Of a DNA stretch of 64,000 bases, positions 37,038-46,873 are shown piece after piece. The DNA is from Planctomycetota bacterium (lineage in GTDB: Bacteria; Planctomycetota; SZUA-567; H5-PLA8): contig BTVV01000018.1 in assembly GCA_045863855.1 (NCBI GenBank), positions 13,440 to 77,439 on the forward strand, in the 5' to 3' direction. The translations under genes were made by a program, and so were the position numbers. Position 1 is the stretch's first letter. Each line of letters starts with the position of its first letter. The notes below the pieces were generated by a model that had not been told where the DNA came from, searched no databases, and worked only from the letters and a program-made list of their open reading frames with translations.

Positions 37038-37335
37038 GGATGCATTCTCCGTAGCAACAGGGAAATGGAAGCCAGCATGATCGGACATTTTTGGCGCGTG
37101 ACAAGATAAGGATGGGAAGGTGCGCGGGGTGCAGGAAAGTTTGAACGGAGGAGGGCCAGGGGCGAAGCGTAAAAAGTAAGGAGCAAGATCAGGAATGGAG
37201 CGGGTGCCCTTACGCTCCAAGCATGGCGCGGAGCTTGAGATAGGTGAACTTGCCAGTGCGATAAATGCAGAAAAGCCAACCGGATACGTGCCCGTGACGT
37301 CACTATTTACCGTTCACTGCCATTTACCGGCCTCC

Positions 37336-38832
37336 CTACGGCTCCGGCACGGCCGGCGGCAAAATCCACGGCACCCCGGCGCCGCCGGCATACACGATCC
37401 GTTCGGAATGCTTGGCCCACCAGCGTAGCGTCTCGGCGCGCCATTTGGCCGCGCCTTCGGCTTCGCCCGGGCAGGGCGTCAGTGCCTCGCCCAGCAGTTC
37501 GTCGAGTGCGTAGCCAAGTAATTGCAGCCCGACGGGATCGGCTTTCGCGACCTCGTCGAAGAGCGCTTTGAGTCCCAAGCGGTCGCCGCCGCGCCCCAGC
37601 ATCAGCGCCGCGGTGCGGCGCACCATGAAATCGTCGCTCTCGGCGCACGCCGCGACGAACGGCTTGGGCAGCTTTCCGCCGCGCGTGTTCACCGCCGTCA
37701 GCAGCACGAACTGCACGTACGCCCCCTTGGCTTCGCCAATCACCTTGCCGGCATGCTCGAGCGCCGCGTCGAGGTCCTCGGGCTTCGCGCGCGCCACCGC
37801 CTGCACCAGCAGCGCCGCCTCGCTCCGCGCGTGCGGGTGCTTCGTCAGCAGTTCGTCCTTCTCGTACGTCCGCGCCGCCTTGGGGTCGGTCAGGCTCAGC
37901 CGCACCGCCTTGGTCAGGTCGTAATCCACTTCCGCCAGGCAGGCGCTCAGCTGCAGGATGCGCGTCGCGCCGCGTTCGAGCCCCAAGGCCACCGCTTTGG
38001 CGAGGCGGCCCTTTTCGGCCGGCGTGTACGCGCGCTGCCCGGCCTCGGGCTCTTCGTCCGGCGCCGCCGGAACTTCGGCGGTATTCGGCGCGGCCGCCGG
38101 CTCGGGCTTGGCCGCCAGCACTTCCAGCGCCTTCTTGCGCACTTCGGGGTACGCAGGCTTGCGGTCCCAGCGCGCGTGCGCCACCTGTTGCGCGCCTTCG
38201 CCTTCAGTCAGCACGTACGCCGGGCCTCCGCCCGCGCGCGCCTGCAGGCGCACATCCAGCGTCCGCACCACTTTTTCTTCGGCCCCGTGCGGGTTGACCA
38301 TCACGAAGGTCCAGAGCTTGTCCTTCTCGCCGTGCTCGTCGAAGACTTCCCAGACGCCGACGCGGAATTCTTCGAGATACACGTGCTCGCGCGTGAAGCC
38401 CTGCGCCTCGCGCGCTTCCTTCGGTCCTTCGGGCCCGCGCAAAGCGTACATCCGCTTGATCGCCTGGATCGCTTCTTCCGCCTGATCCAACTGGTGGCAG
38501 ACGGCCACGCGCTGGACCTGGACCTGCCACTCCTCCTTGCTGCCGGGAGGCACCTGCTTGAGCAGCCCGTCGAAGTAGGAAAGCGACTCCTCGGCTTCGC
38601 CGGCCCAATACGCCGAGACGCCCGCGAAGAGCCGCGCCGGCACGGCCTCGGGCTTCAACCCGATCGCGCCGCGGAACTGCTCCAGCGCAGCGGCGAACTG
38701 CCGCTTTCCGAAAAGCGCCCGCCCTTCGGCCACCTTCGCGCCGTACGCATCCGCCGCCTCGGGCTCGCCCCCGTGCGCGCATGCCGCTGCCAGCAGCACG
38801 AGTCCCCAAGCGCCTCGCCATCGAAACGTCAC
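37336..38832 (-). CDS. Secreted TPR protein with C-terminal HEAT-like repeats
   Basis: GTG start overlaps the upstream stop; signal peptide; TPR helices; VRRTAALMLG HEAT-like segment. Confidence 0.7.
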   Translation of the reverse strand: MTFRWRGAWGLVLLAAACAHGGEPEAADAYGAKVAEGRALFGKRQFAAALEQFRGAIGLKPEAVPARLFAGVSAYWAGEAEESLSYFDGLLKQVPPGSKEEWQVQVQRVAVCHQLDQAEEAIQAIKRMYALRGPEGPKEAREAQGFTREHVYLEEFRVGVWEVFDEHGEKDKLWTFVMVNPHGAEEKVVRTLDVRLQARAGGGPAYVLTEGEGAQQVAHARWDRKPAYPEVRKKALEVLAAKPEPAAAPNTAEVPAAPDEEPEAGQRAYTPAEKGRLAKAVALGLERGATRILQLSACLAEVDYDLTKAVRLSLTDPKAARTYEKDELLTKHPHARSEAALLVQAVARAKPEDLDAALEHAGKVIGEAKGAYVQFVLLTAVNTRGGKLPKPFVAACAESDDFMVRRTAALMLGRGGDRLGLKALFDEVAKADPVGLQLLGYALDELLGEALTPCPGEAEGAAKWRAETLRWWAKHSERIVYAGGAGVPWILPPAVPEP

Positions 38833-39695
38833 TTCGCACCGTCCTTCTTCTTCGATTCCGGGCCGGGCAAAGCATCGGGCGGCGGTGGCGCCGGCCCACG
38901 TTCGGGCACGTCGAAGACTTCCACGTCCGCCGGCAGCGGCTTCACCGCCATCGGCCGGTGCTTGCCCTGCAAGATCTCCTGCACCCGCGTCCGCGCCCAA
39001 TGGTAATCGCGCTCCCCGCTCTGCAATTGCGGGATATGACCCACGTACCAGACCCGCAGCCAGCCGCGGCACGATTCGGTGATGTAAAACATGCGCCGCC
39101 CGTCGGCGTCGAAGAACGGCGCGGCCTCCACCAGAAAACCGCTCTGCGGCTTGCGATGCAGGTCCTCGAGCACGAAGTACCAAAGCTTCCCGTGCTGCGC
39201 CGGCTCGAAGAATTCGTACCCGATCAGGTGCAGCGTCCCCACGGGCAGGTAATCGCGCGTGAAGCCCTGGAAACTCTTGAGCAGCGGACTGCCTTCTTTC
39301 GCGTCGCGCAGCGCCATCAGCTTGTTGCGGTACAGTTCGATCTTCTCGCGCGTCCCCAGCCGCTCGTAGCACTGAATCAGTTTGCGCACGACGAACCAAT
39401 CCTTCGGCCCGTACTTATGCAGGATCTCGAAGTGCTCGACGGCTTTCTGGTACGCTCCGCTGTCGTATGCCGCCATCGCCGCATTGAGGCGCGTGGACAT
39501 CCAGTTGGGGTGGCGCGAAAGGATCGTCTCGTAGCGCACCATCGCTTCGTGGAAGCGCCCCTTGCTGTCCAGGTCGCGCGCTTCCTCGAAGATCTTGCGC
39601 ATCTCGCCTTCGTCGGGGCCGGGCAATTCTTCGCAGCCGGCCAGCAGCAAAACCGCCGCCGCGCAGCAAAGGGCCTGAATGGGCCGTACGTTCAT
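38829..39695 (-). CDS. TPR-containing lipoprotein
   Basis: Lipobox LLAGC; TPR helices; QGFTR domain shared with the downstream gene. Confidence 0.75.
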   Translation of the reverse strand: MNVRPIQALCCAAAVLLLAGCEELPGPDEGEMRKIFEEARDLDSKGRFHEAMVRYETILSRHPNWMSTRLNAAMAAYDSGAYQKAVEHFEILHKYGPKDWFVVRKLIQCYERLGTREKIELYRNKLMALRDAKEGSPLLKSFQGFTRDYLPVGTLHLIGYEFFEPAQHGKLWYFVLEDLHRKPQSGFLVEAAPFFDADGRRMFYITESCRGWLRVWYVGHIPQLQSGERDYHWARTRVQEILQGKHRPMAVKPLPADVEVFDVPERGPAPPPPDALPGPESKKKDGAK

Positions 39696-39777
39696 GCCTC
39701 GTCTCCGCCTGGCGTCGTTCGATAGCCGCTTCGTTATACCCAACCGCCGCACGGGGGTAAAGCCGCGCCGAAAGCGC

Positions 39778-40647
39778 TCACGGCTTGCGCGCCTCCGGCA
39801 ACCGCAGGACGTCCCGCGCCTCCGAGCCGACCAGCAAGTCCGCGCCGTCCCAGCAGACCGCTTCGTACTGTTTCGGCGCGAGCAACCGAAACGCCACGCG
39901 CCCCGCGAACGGCTCGGGCCGCTTGGGCGCTCCCGCGCCCGTCGCTTCCAACGCCGCGGGGAATTCGACCGTCACCACCTTAATGTAAGTCAACAGCGCC
40001 AGGCACTTCCCGTCGGCCGAGAGACTCGCGCCCGTCGCCAGCGCCAGCAGCTTCGATTCGCCCAGGTATTCCGCGACCGCCGGAGCTTCGGGCGGCGTCT
40101 CGGGCAGCGGCACCCGGAACGCGCGCACGCGGTCGGGCTCCTTGGTGAAGACGTACGCGAAGCCCGCGCGCACCACCAGCGCCTCGGCATCCTGCGCGCC
40201 CGTCTCGGCCGGATAAGTGAAGGGAAAGGCCTGCACCGCGCCAAGCTTTTCATCCGGATTGCCCGGATCGGGTTCGGCCAGCCGGTACAGCACCGCGTCC
40301 TTGCGCTTGCGCGCGTTGTCGCCGATGTCGGCGACGATCAAGCGTCCTTGCTCGTCGCGCGCCAAGTCCTCCCAATCGCGGTTCTTGATTCCGTGCAGTT
40401 CCACCGTCCGCAGCAGCCGCCCGGTACCGTCGACGGCCCACAGCTTGGCCGGCGTGCCGCTGTCCCCGTGCGTCCAAAAAACGCCGGTCTGCTTGGCGCT
40501 GGGCGCCAGCCCCGAGGATTCGAGCACGGCTTCCGGAAGCGAAGCCTGCACCACGGGCGCTGGAAGCGTGGCCGGCGCTTCGTCGGCTAGACCAGGGAGA
40601 ACCATCAGCCCCAGACAGGCGGCGAGCAGTCCCTTTAGACCCCACAT
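39778..40647 (-). CDS. Secreted beta-propeller-like hypothetical protein
   Basis: ESSGL, WTHGDSG, DWEDLA, ADIGDN, DAEAL motifs; signal peptide. Confidence 0.7.
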   Translation of the reverse strand: MWGLKGLLAACLGLMVLPGLADEAPATLPAPVVQASLPEAVLESSGLAPSAKQTGVFWTHGDSGTPAKLWAVDGTGRLLRTVELHGIKNRDWEDLARDEQGRLIVADIGDNARKRKDAVLYRLAEPDPGNPDEKLGAVQAFPFTYPAETGAQDAEALVVRAGFAYVFTKEPDRVRAFRVPLPETPPEAPAVAEYLGESKLLALATGASLSADGKCLALLTYIKVVTVEFPAALEATGAGAPKRPEPFAGRVAFRLLAPKQYEAVCWDGADLLVGSEARDVLRLPEARKP

Positions 40648-40802
40648 AGCGCGTCCTCGATAGCGTCCGGTCAGCTTCGCCGAGTTCACATGCCCTGCAA
40701 GACGTGCAAAGTTGCGAATTCTTCGGCTCATCGCCCCAAGGCCTGCACCTATGGGGTATGTTTATTTTTTAGTCTGCCTTTACGAACCGGAGAAGCGACC
40801 CC

Positions 40803-41702
40803 ATGAGCGTAACCCTCGAAAGCACATACCTCAACGAACCCGGCATGGAGTGGCTGACCGGAAACCTGCATGCACACACCACCGAGAGCGACGGTTCGCG
40901 CGCTCCGCAGGAGGTCGTCGACGATTACGCTTCGCGCGGCTACGCCTTCCTGATGATCAGCGACCACGACAAGCTTACTGACCCCGCGCCGCTGAAGTCG
41001 CATGGCATGGTGCTGATCCCCGGCAACGAGGTCTCGGCCAAGGGGCCGCACCTGCTGCACATCGGTGCACAGGCGCGTTTGAACCCGAACCCCGACCGCC
41101 AGCAGGTCCTCGACGCGATCAAGGAAGAAGGCGGCATCGCCGTTCTGAACCACCCGAACTGGCAAGAGCATTTCAACCACTGCCCGCAGGAGCGTTTAGA
41201 CGGCTGGAACCATTACGCCGGCATCGAGATTTACAACGGAGTGATCCGCCGCCTTGCGGGCAGCCCGCTGGCGACCGACCGCTGGGATCGCCTGCTGGGC
41301 GCCGGGCGTGTAATGTGGGGCTTCGCGAACGACGACAGCCATCGCCCCGAAGACGTGCAGTTGGCTTGGAATGTAGTGCAAGCCGCGGCGCGCACACCGG
41401 AAGCGATTATGGAAGCGCTGCGCAAAGGGCGCTTTTACGGTTCGACCGGAGTGGAATTGAGCGCGCTGGCGGTGCACGGGCGCACGATCCACCTCGCCGC
41501 GCCGAACGCCGAACGGATCTGCGTCGTCGCCGACTACGGTAAGCGCATCGCGCAGATCGACCGCTGCGAATGCACCTATCACGTACCGGACGACCTGCCC
41601 TTCCGCTACGTGCGCTTGGAATGCTACGGGCGCGGCGAAGCGATGGCCTGGACGCAGCCGATTTTTATCAAAACGGAAAAGAAGGAAGACGAGAAAAAGT
41701 AA
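40803..41702 (+). CDS. PHP-domain metallohydrolase (CehA/McbA-like)
   Basis: GNLHAHT..SDG, SDHD, NHP, DDSH, AWTQPI. Confidence 0.85.
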   Translation: MSVTLESTYLNEPGMEWLTGNLHAHTTESDGSRAPQEVVDDYASRGYAFLMISDHDKLTDPAPLKSHGMVLIPGNEVSAKGPHLLHIGAQARLNPNPDRQQVLDAIKEEGGIAVLNHPNWQEHFNHCPQERLDGWNHYAGIEIYNGVIRRLAGSPLATDRWDRLLGAGRVMWGFANDDSHRPEDVQLAWNVVQAAARTPEAIMEALRKGRFYGSTGVELSALAVHGRTIHLAAPNAERICVVADYGKRIAQIDRCECTYHVPDDLPFRYVRLECYGRGEAMAWTQPIFIKTEKKEDEKK

Positions 41703-41711
41703 AGCTCAGGC

Positions 41712-42221
41712 TTACAGGACGCACGAAGCGACCGCCTCGTCCATCGAGCGGTGCTCGCGGCGCTGGACCTCGTACTGCTCCTTGAGCGCCGTAAGGTAAA
41801 GCCAGCGGCGCTGGGATGGCTCGGCCCTGCGGTCCACCCGCACAGCGGCCGCGATTTTCGCGCGTAACATGCCCAGCGGAACGGGCTTAGGCAAGAAGTC
41901 GTAGGCCCCCGATTCCATTGCCGCCCGGGCGATCGAATCGTCTTCGGTGGCGCTGAGGAACAGGACCGGCAGGTCTGCGGTCTTCGGATCGTCCTTTAAG
42001 AATCGGCAGGCCGATACACCGTCCAGTTGCGGCATGTGGACGTCCATCAGGACCACCCCAACATCGAAATGCGCCTTGCGAAGCACCTCCCGCCCGTCGC
42101 GCGCCAGCAGCACCGGATAGCCGTCGTCTTCCAGCATCGAACGTAAAATCTCGCGGTTGTCGTCCTCGTCGTCGACGATCAGCACCACAGGTTTCAAATC
42201 GATCAGGTCGGTGGGTCGCAT
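41712..42221 (-). CDS. Response regulator (REC + short C-terminal helix)
   Basis: IVDDE, LMDVHMP, FLSA, PKP. Confidence 0.88.
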   Translation of the reverse strand: MRPTDLIDLKPVVLIVDDEDDNREILRSMLEDDGYPVLLARDGREVLRKAHFDVGVVLMDVHMPQLDGVSACRFLKDDPKTADLPVLFLSATEDDSIARAAMESGAYDFLPKPVPLGMLRAKIAAAVRVDRRAEPSQRRWLYLTALKEQYEVQRREHRSMDEAVASCVL

Positions 42222-42255
42222 AATTGAAACTCCTTGCCGCGCGCCGCGGGGCCGA

Positions 42256-43101
42256 TCAGGCCACACACTCCACAGCGTCGCTGCGCTTGATGCCGAGCAA
42301 CTGGCAGGCCTGTTCGACCAACTGTTCGGGGTCGAAGGGTTTGGCCACGATACCTTTCACTTCGGGGTGACCGGCGTAGCGTTCCATGCTCAAGCCGGCG
42401 GCATACCCGGTTACCAGAAGAATGGGCGGCAACTTTTCGCCGGCGTGCTGCTCTTCCAGGCTCTCGATGACTTGATCGGCAATATCTTCCTCTAATGCGT
42501 AATCCAGCAGCACCAGATCGAATTTCTTTTTGAGACTCAATTCGAGCGCCGCGGCGGCCGTGGCCGCACCGCGCACTTGGAATCCCGCGGACTCGAACGC
42601 CAAAGAGAGCAGATCGCGCACGTCGGGGTCGTCGTCCACCACCAAGACTTTCTTCATGTTCAGGACACACGTCTCGAGCACTTCCTGACGCGGCAGGGTT
42701 TCGACCAAGCTTTCGGCCAGCAGATCGTCCACCTTTTTGCGCAGCACGCACAAATCGAGCGGCTTAAAGAGAATCTCCTGCACATTAACCATGCGCTGGA
42801 CGGCCGCTACTTCTTCGTCGTCCTGATCCATGCCCGTGATCACCAGCACCGGAATATCCATAATGGGAATGCGCTGCTGGCCGATCGTCGCCTGACTGGC
42901 CCGGCGCAACGCCGCCGAACCCGTGCATTGCGGAAGATTCAAATCGGTAATGACGAGATCGAAGGGATGCAAACTCAGCTCATCCGTAAGCGCCTGTCCG
43001 TCCGCCACGATGGTCACGTCGTAGCGAGCACTCAAAGCCGAATGCAGGACCACTCGCAGCGATCGGTTATCGTCTGCCACCAGAATGCGTTTCCGTTCCA
43101 T
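42256..43101 (-). CDS. Tandem dual-receiver protein
   Basis: Two REC domains (ADD..ITDLNLP..TG..KP; VDD..LLDY..TG..KP). Confidence 0.88.
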   Translation of the reverse strand: MERKRILVADDNRSLRVVLHSALSARYDVTIVADGQALTDELSLHPFDLVITDLNLPQCTGSAALRRASQATIGQQRIPIMDIPVLVITGMDQDDEEVAAVQRMVNVQEILFKPLDLCVLRKKVDDLLAESLVETLPRQEVLETCVLNMKKVLVVDDDPDVRDLLSLAFESAGFQVRGAATAAAALELSLKKKFDLVLLDYALEEDIADQVIESLEEQHAGEKLPPILLVTGYAAGLSMERYAGHPEVKGIVAKPFDPEQLVEQACQLLGIKRSDAVECVA

Positions 43102-43499
43102 GATAGTGTCTCCCTGGAAAGGCCCAGCTTCCGTGTCGGAATACCGGTAAACACATCCCAGGCCAATCCCCGGAACCGTCTAAATCTCATGGTAGTAAAG
43201 AGTTAAAATTTGATCCTTCGATCGGGTGTCCGACGCTTCGGATTGGGCGCCTGCGATAGAGATTCTTAGTTGTCCTGATTTACGGAATTCCAAGATGGGA
43301 GATGCACCAGAGCACTTCCGACTTTCTGTCTATAAGCCGTCGCGGGTCCGCGAAATAGCTCCGACGAATCATAGGACTCGTGCTTGCTTCGTTGCTGTCC
43401 ACGTTTGTATAGTGCACTTGGGTCATTTCATTATATGGCTTTGTATGGTGTTGAGGCACCCACATATAGTGGGGTGGGCCATCGGAGCGGCAAGCGGAT

Positions 43500-44936
43500 A
43501 TGGCGTCTGCCCAAGAAATAGTCGTCGTGGACGACGAGACCGATATCCTGGCGCTACAGGAAGCCACGCTGAGCGTGGCCGGCCTGCATGCCAGAACCTT
43601 TTCCAATCCGCTTGAAGCGTGGGAGTACATTCGGCAGAACCGTCCTCGGCTGGTGATCTCCGATTGGGAGATGCCCGGTCTTTCGGGCATGGATCTGCTT
43701 TTTAAAACCCGCGGCCTTCCGGTCGCGCCGTATGTGATCATCTTGACCGGCTTCGGTTCGGTCGATCGCGCCGTGCAGGCGCTGAAGATGGGCGCGTTCA
43801 GCTTCCTTGAAAAGCCCTTCGATCCCGAGAAGTATCTGGAACTGGTTCAGTCGGCGCTCGACATGGTTCCGCCTGGCGCCGGAGATCTGCGCAAGACGCG
43901 CGCGTACGCGACGTCTACCGCCGGCGACGATCCGAAGGAACCGATCGTACGCAGCCCTAAAATGAAGCGCGTGCTCGAAATGGTGCGCGCCGCCGCGCCG
44001 ACGGACAGCAACGTGTTGCTGCTGGGCGAATCGGGTACCGGCAAGGAAGTCGTAGCCGACTACCTGCATGCTTGCAGCGCCCGCTCACGCGGGCCGCTGG
44101 TCAAGGTCAACTGCGGGGCGCTGCCCGAACACCTGATGGAATCGGAGCTGTTCGGGCATGAGAAGGGCGCGTTCACGGGCGCCGACCGGCGCCGCGTGGG
44201 ACGCTTCGAACTGGCGCACAACGGCACGCTTTTCCTCGACGAGATCGGCGACCTGCCGCTTCCGCTTCAAGTCAAATTGCTGCGCGCGCTGCAGGAGCAT
44301 GTGATCGAGCGCGTGGGATCGAGCGCTTCGGTGCCCACGGATTTCCGGCTTGTCAGCGCCACACACAAGGACCTGGCGGGCGGTGTCGGCGAAGGAACCT
44401 TCCGCGAAGATTTGTATTACCGCATCAACGTCGTTCCAATCCGTCTGCCTGCGCTGCGTGACCGCCCCGAAGACGTGGAGCCGCTGGCGCAGTACTTTTT
44501 CTCCGAACTGACGCAGAAACTACCGCGAAAGCCGCAAACCATATCGCAGGAAGCACTGGATTGCTTGCGGGCTTTCGCGTGGCCCGGGAACGTGCGCCAG
44601 TTGCGCAATGCCATCGAGTACGCGCTGGTGATGTGCCTCGGCGATTCGATCGGCGCGGAGCATCTACCTGAAGAACTGCGCACCGATCGGACGCAATGCG
44701 CGCCGGCGGCCGACGCTTCGGCCAGCCGCCAGACTGCCGTGGGGGCAAGCCCGTCCCTCCCCGTCGCCGAAGGCGGCCTGCAGGATACGCTCAAGAATGT
44801 GGAATCCGATTTGATCCGCCAAGCGCTCGATCGCCACCAATGGAATGTGACCGAAGTGGTGCGTGAACTGAAACTCAGCCGCTCCGCTTTGTACGAACGC
44901 ATGAAGCAGTACGGAATCAAGAGGCCAGACGCTTGA
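43500..44936 (+). CDS. NtrC-family sigma54-dependent response regulator
   Basis: REC; GESGTGKE, ESELFGHEKGAFTGA, LFLDEIG, FREDLYYR, WPGNVRQL; Fis-type HTH. Confidence 0.95.
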   Translation: MASAQEIVVVDDETDILALQEATLSVAGLHARTFSNPLEAWEYIRQNRPRLVISDWEMPGLSGMDLLFKTRGLPVAPYVIILTGFGSVDRAVQALKMGAFSFLEKPFDPEKYLELVQSALDMVPPGAGDLRKTRAYATSTAGDDPKEPIVRSPKMKRVLEMVRAAAPTDSNVLLLGESGTGKEVVADYLHACSARSRGPLVKVNCGALPEHLMESELFGHEKGAFTGADRRRVGRFELAHNGTLFLDEIGDLPLPLQVKLLRALQEHVIERVGSSASVPTDFRLVSATHKDLAGGVGEGTFREDLYYRINVVPIRLPALRDRPEDVEPLAQYFFSELTQKLPRKPQTISQEALDCLRAFAWPGNVRQLRNAIEYALVMCLGDSIGAEHLPEELRTDRTQCAPAADASASRQTAVGASPSLPVAEGGLQDTLKNVESDLIRQALDRHQWNVTEVVRELKLSRSALYERMKQYGIKRPDA

Positions 44937-46870
44937 ACACTCCCGCCGCGAAGCCCACGCGCGTATTGCTGATCGAAGACCAGGCGCTGGACAGCCGATG
45001 GGTCGTCGAGGCGCTGAAGCGGGTCGCGCCAGGATGTTTTGAGACCCACGTGGCCGAAACGCTGCGCGAAGGGCTGGCCTGCTTGCAGACTTTCGAGCCG
45101 AACGTTGTATTGACCGATCTGTCCCTGCCGGACAGCCACGGACTGGATACCTGCCTTCAGGTCCTGGACGGCGCGCCGCACCTTCCCCTCGTAGTCCTAA
45201 CCTGCAACAACGACCAATCGCTGGCCCTGGAAGCCGTTCACGCCGGAGCGCAGGGGTATCTGGTCAAAGGCGAATCCAGTCCGGATGTGCTGGTGCGGAC
45301 GATCCGTTATGCGATCGAGCGCAAGCGCATCGAAGATCAGTTGCGGCAAGAACGCGACCGCATGCAACTGTACCTCGAGACCGCGCATACGTTCATGCTT
45401 GCCCTGGATTGCGAGGGGCGCGTAACGATGCTCAATCGCGTCGCGCAGGAAGTCCTGGGTTACAAGGAGCGCGATCTACTGGGACAGGATTGGTTCGAGA
45501 CTTGTGTGCCCGTATCGTTCCGCGCGCGGCTACGCCAGGATTTTACGCGCATGCTCGCCACCAAGGTGGTCCACAACGGGCGCTACGAGTCGCCGGTATT
45601 GACCCGGGACGGCCAGGAACGTCTCTTCGAATGGCGCTGCGGCTTGCTACTCGACGCGCAGAACCAACCCACCGGCTGCCTCAGTTCGGGACAGGACATT
45701 ACGGACCAGAAGCAACTCGAGAATCAGCTTTTCATGGCCCAGAAGATGGAAGCGGTGGGGCAACTGGCGGGCGGCGTGGCGCACGATTTCAATAACCTCA
45801 TGACCGTGGTCACCGGGTATAGCGCGCTGCTGCTCAAACAGTTGCCGGCCGACCATCCGCACCGCTCGTCCATGGAAGCGATCGCCCGCGCTGGCCAGCG
45901 CGCCGCGACGCTCACGCGGCAGTTGCTCGCCTTTTCGCGCAAGCAGGTCATCGCGCCGCAGGTGCTGGACCTGAATGCGTGCATGGCCGAATCCGAGAAG
46001 ATGCTGCGCCGTCTGATACACGAAAGCATCGCACTGGTCACGAAATTCGAGCCCGACTTGTACCCCGTTTTCGTGGATCCCACCCAAATCGAGCAGATCG
46101 TGCTCAACCTGGTGGTCAACGCGCGGGACGCCATGCCCAAAGGGGGCACGCTGGAGTTGGAGACCGCCAACGTAACGTGGGACGCGGCCTACGTGCGCAA
46201 ACACCCCATGGCCAGCCCCGGCGATTACGCCATGCTGGGCGTCTCCGACACCGGCCATGGCATGGACGAACGAACCAAGGCGCGGATCTTCGAGCCCTTT
46301 TTCACCACCAAGGAGCGCGGCCAAGGCACGGGCCTGGGACTCTCGACCGTATACGGCATCGTGAAACAAAACCGCGGGTTCATCTGGGTCCAAAGCGAGC
46401 CCGGGCGCGGAACGTCGTTTAAAATCTATTTTCCGCGCTGCCAACCCGGAGGCAAGAAGTTCGAAAGCCGTACGGCCATGGCGGCGGTTCGCGGCGGGCC
46501 TGAAACGATTCTCGTGGTCGAGGACGAACAGTGGGTCCGGGAACTGGTCGAGAAGATCCTGCGCGAACAAGGCTATCGCGTACTCAGCGCCTGCGACGGA
46601 GTCGCCGCGCTTGAAGTGGCAGGGCAGCACGACGGCCCGATTCACCTGCTAGCCACCGATGTGGTCATGCCGCGCATGGGCGGCCCCGACCTCGCCCGCG
46701 AACTGGTCAAGGAACGGCCGGAAACTCGCGTGCTTTACCTCAGCGGATACGCCGACAACGCCCTGTTCAACCAAGGCATACTGCAGGAGGGGACGCATCT
46801 GCTCGAAAAGCCGTTCCCGCCCGAAGCACTCGCGAGCAAAGTGCGCAGTATTCTCGAAAGCAGCGAATAA
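44933..46870 (+). CDS. Cytoplasmic hybrid histidine kinase REC-PAS-HisKA-HATPase-REC
   Basis: AHDFNN H-box, NARDAM, DTGHG, GTGLGL, two receivers; TTG start overlaps the upstream stop. Confidence 0.92.
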   Translation: MNTPAAKPTRVLLIEDQALDSRWVVEALKRVAPGCFETHVAETLREGLACLQTFEPNVVLTDLSLPDSHGLDTCLQVLDGAPHLPLVVLTCNNDQSLALEAVHAGAQGYLVKGESSPDVLVRTIRYAIERKRIEDQLRQERDRMQLYLETAHTFMLALDCEGRVTMLNRVAQEVLGYKERDLLGQDWFETCVPVSFRARLRQDFTRMLATKVVHNGRYESPVLTRDGQERLFEWRCGLLLDAQNQPTGCLSSGQDITDQKQLENQLFMAQKMEAVGQLAGGVAHDFNNLMTVVTGYSALLLKQLPADHPHRSSMEAIARAGQRAATLTRQLLAFSRKQVIAPQVLDLNACMAESEKMLRRLIHESIALVTKFEPDLYPVFVDPTQIEQIVLNLVVNARDAMPKGGTLELETANVTWDAAYVRKHPMASPGDYAMLGVSDTGHGMDERTKARIFEPFFTTKERGQGTGLGLSTVYGIVKQNRGFIWVQSEPGRGTSFKIYFPRCQPGGKKFESRTAMAAVRGGPETILVVEDEQWVRELVEKILREQGYRVLSACDGVAALEVAGQHDGPIHLLATDVVMPRMGGPDLARELVKERPETRVLYLSGYADNALFNQGILQEGTHLLEKPFPPEALASKVRSILESSE

Positions 46871-46873
46871 GGG

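Noticed and set aside
38833..39399. N-terminal 189 aa of the 687-aa ORF 37336-39399
   Set aside because: It overlaps the TPR lipoprotein in another frame; the signal peptide begins at GTG 38832.
43102..43499. Sigma54 promoter beside the NtrC-like gene
   Set aside because: The best candidate (minus strand TGGCCTGGGATGTGT) lacks the -12 GC.
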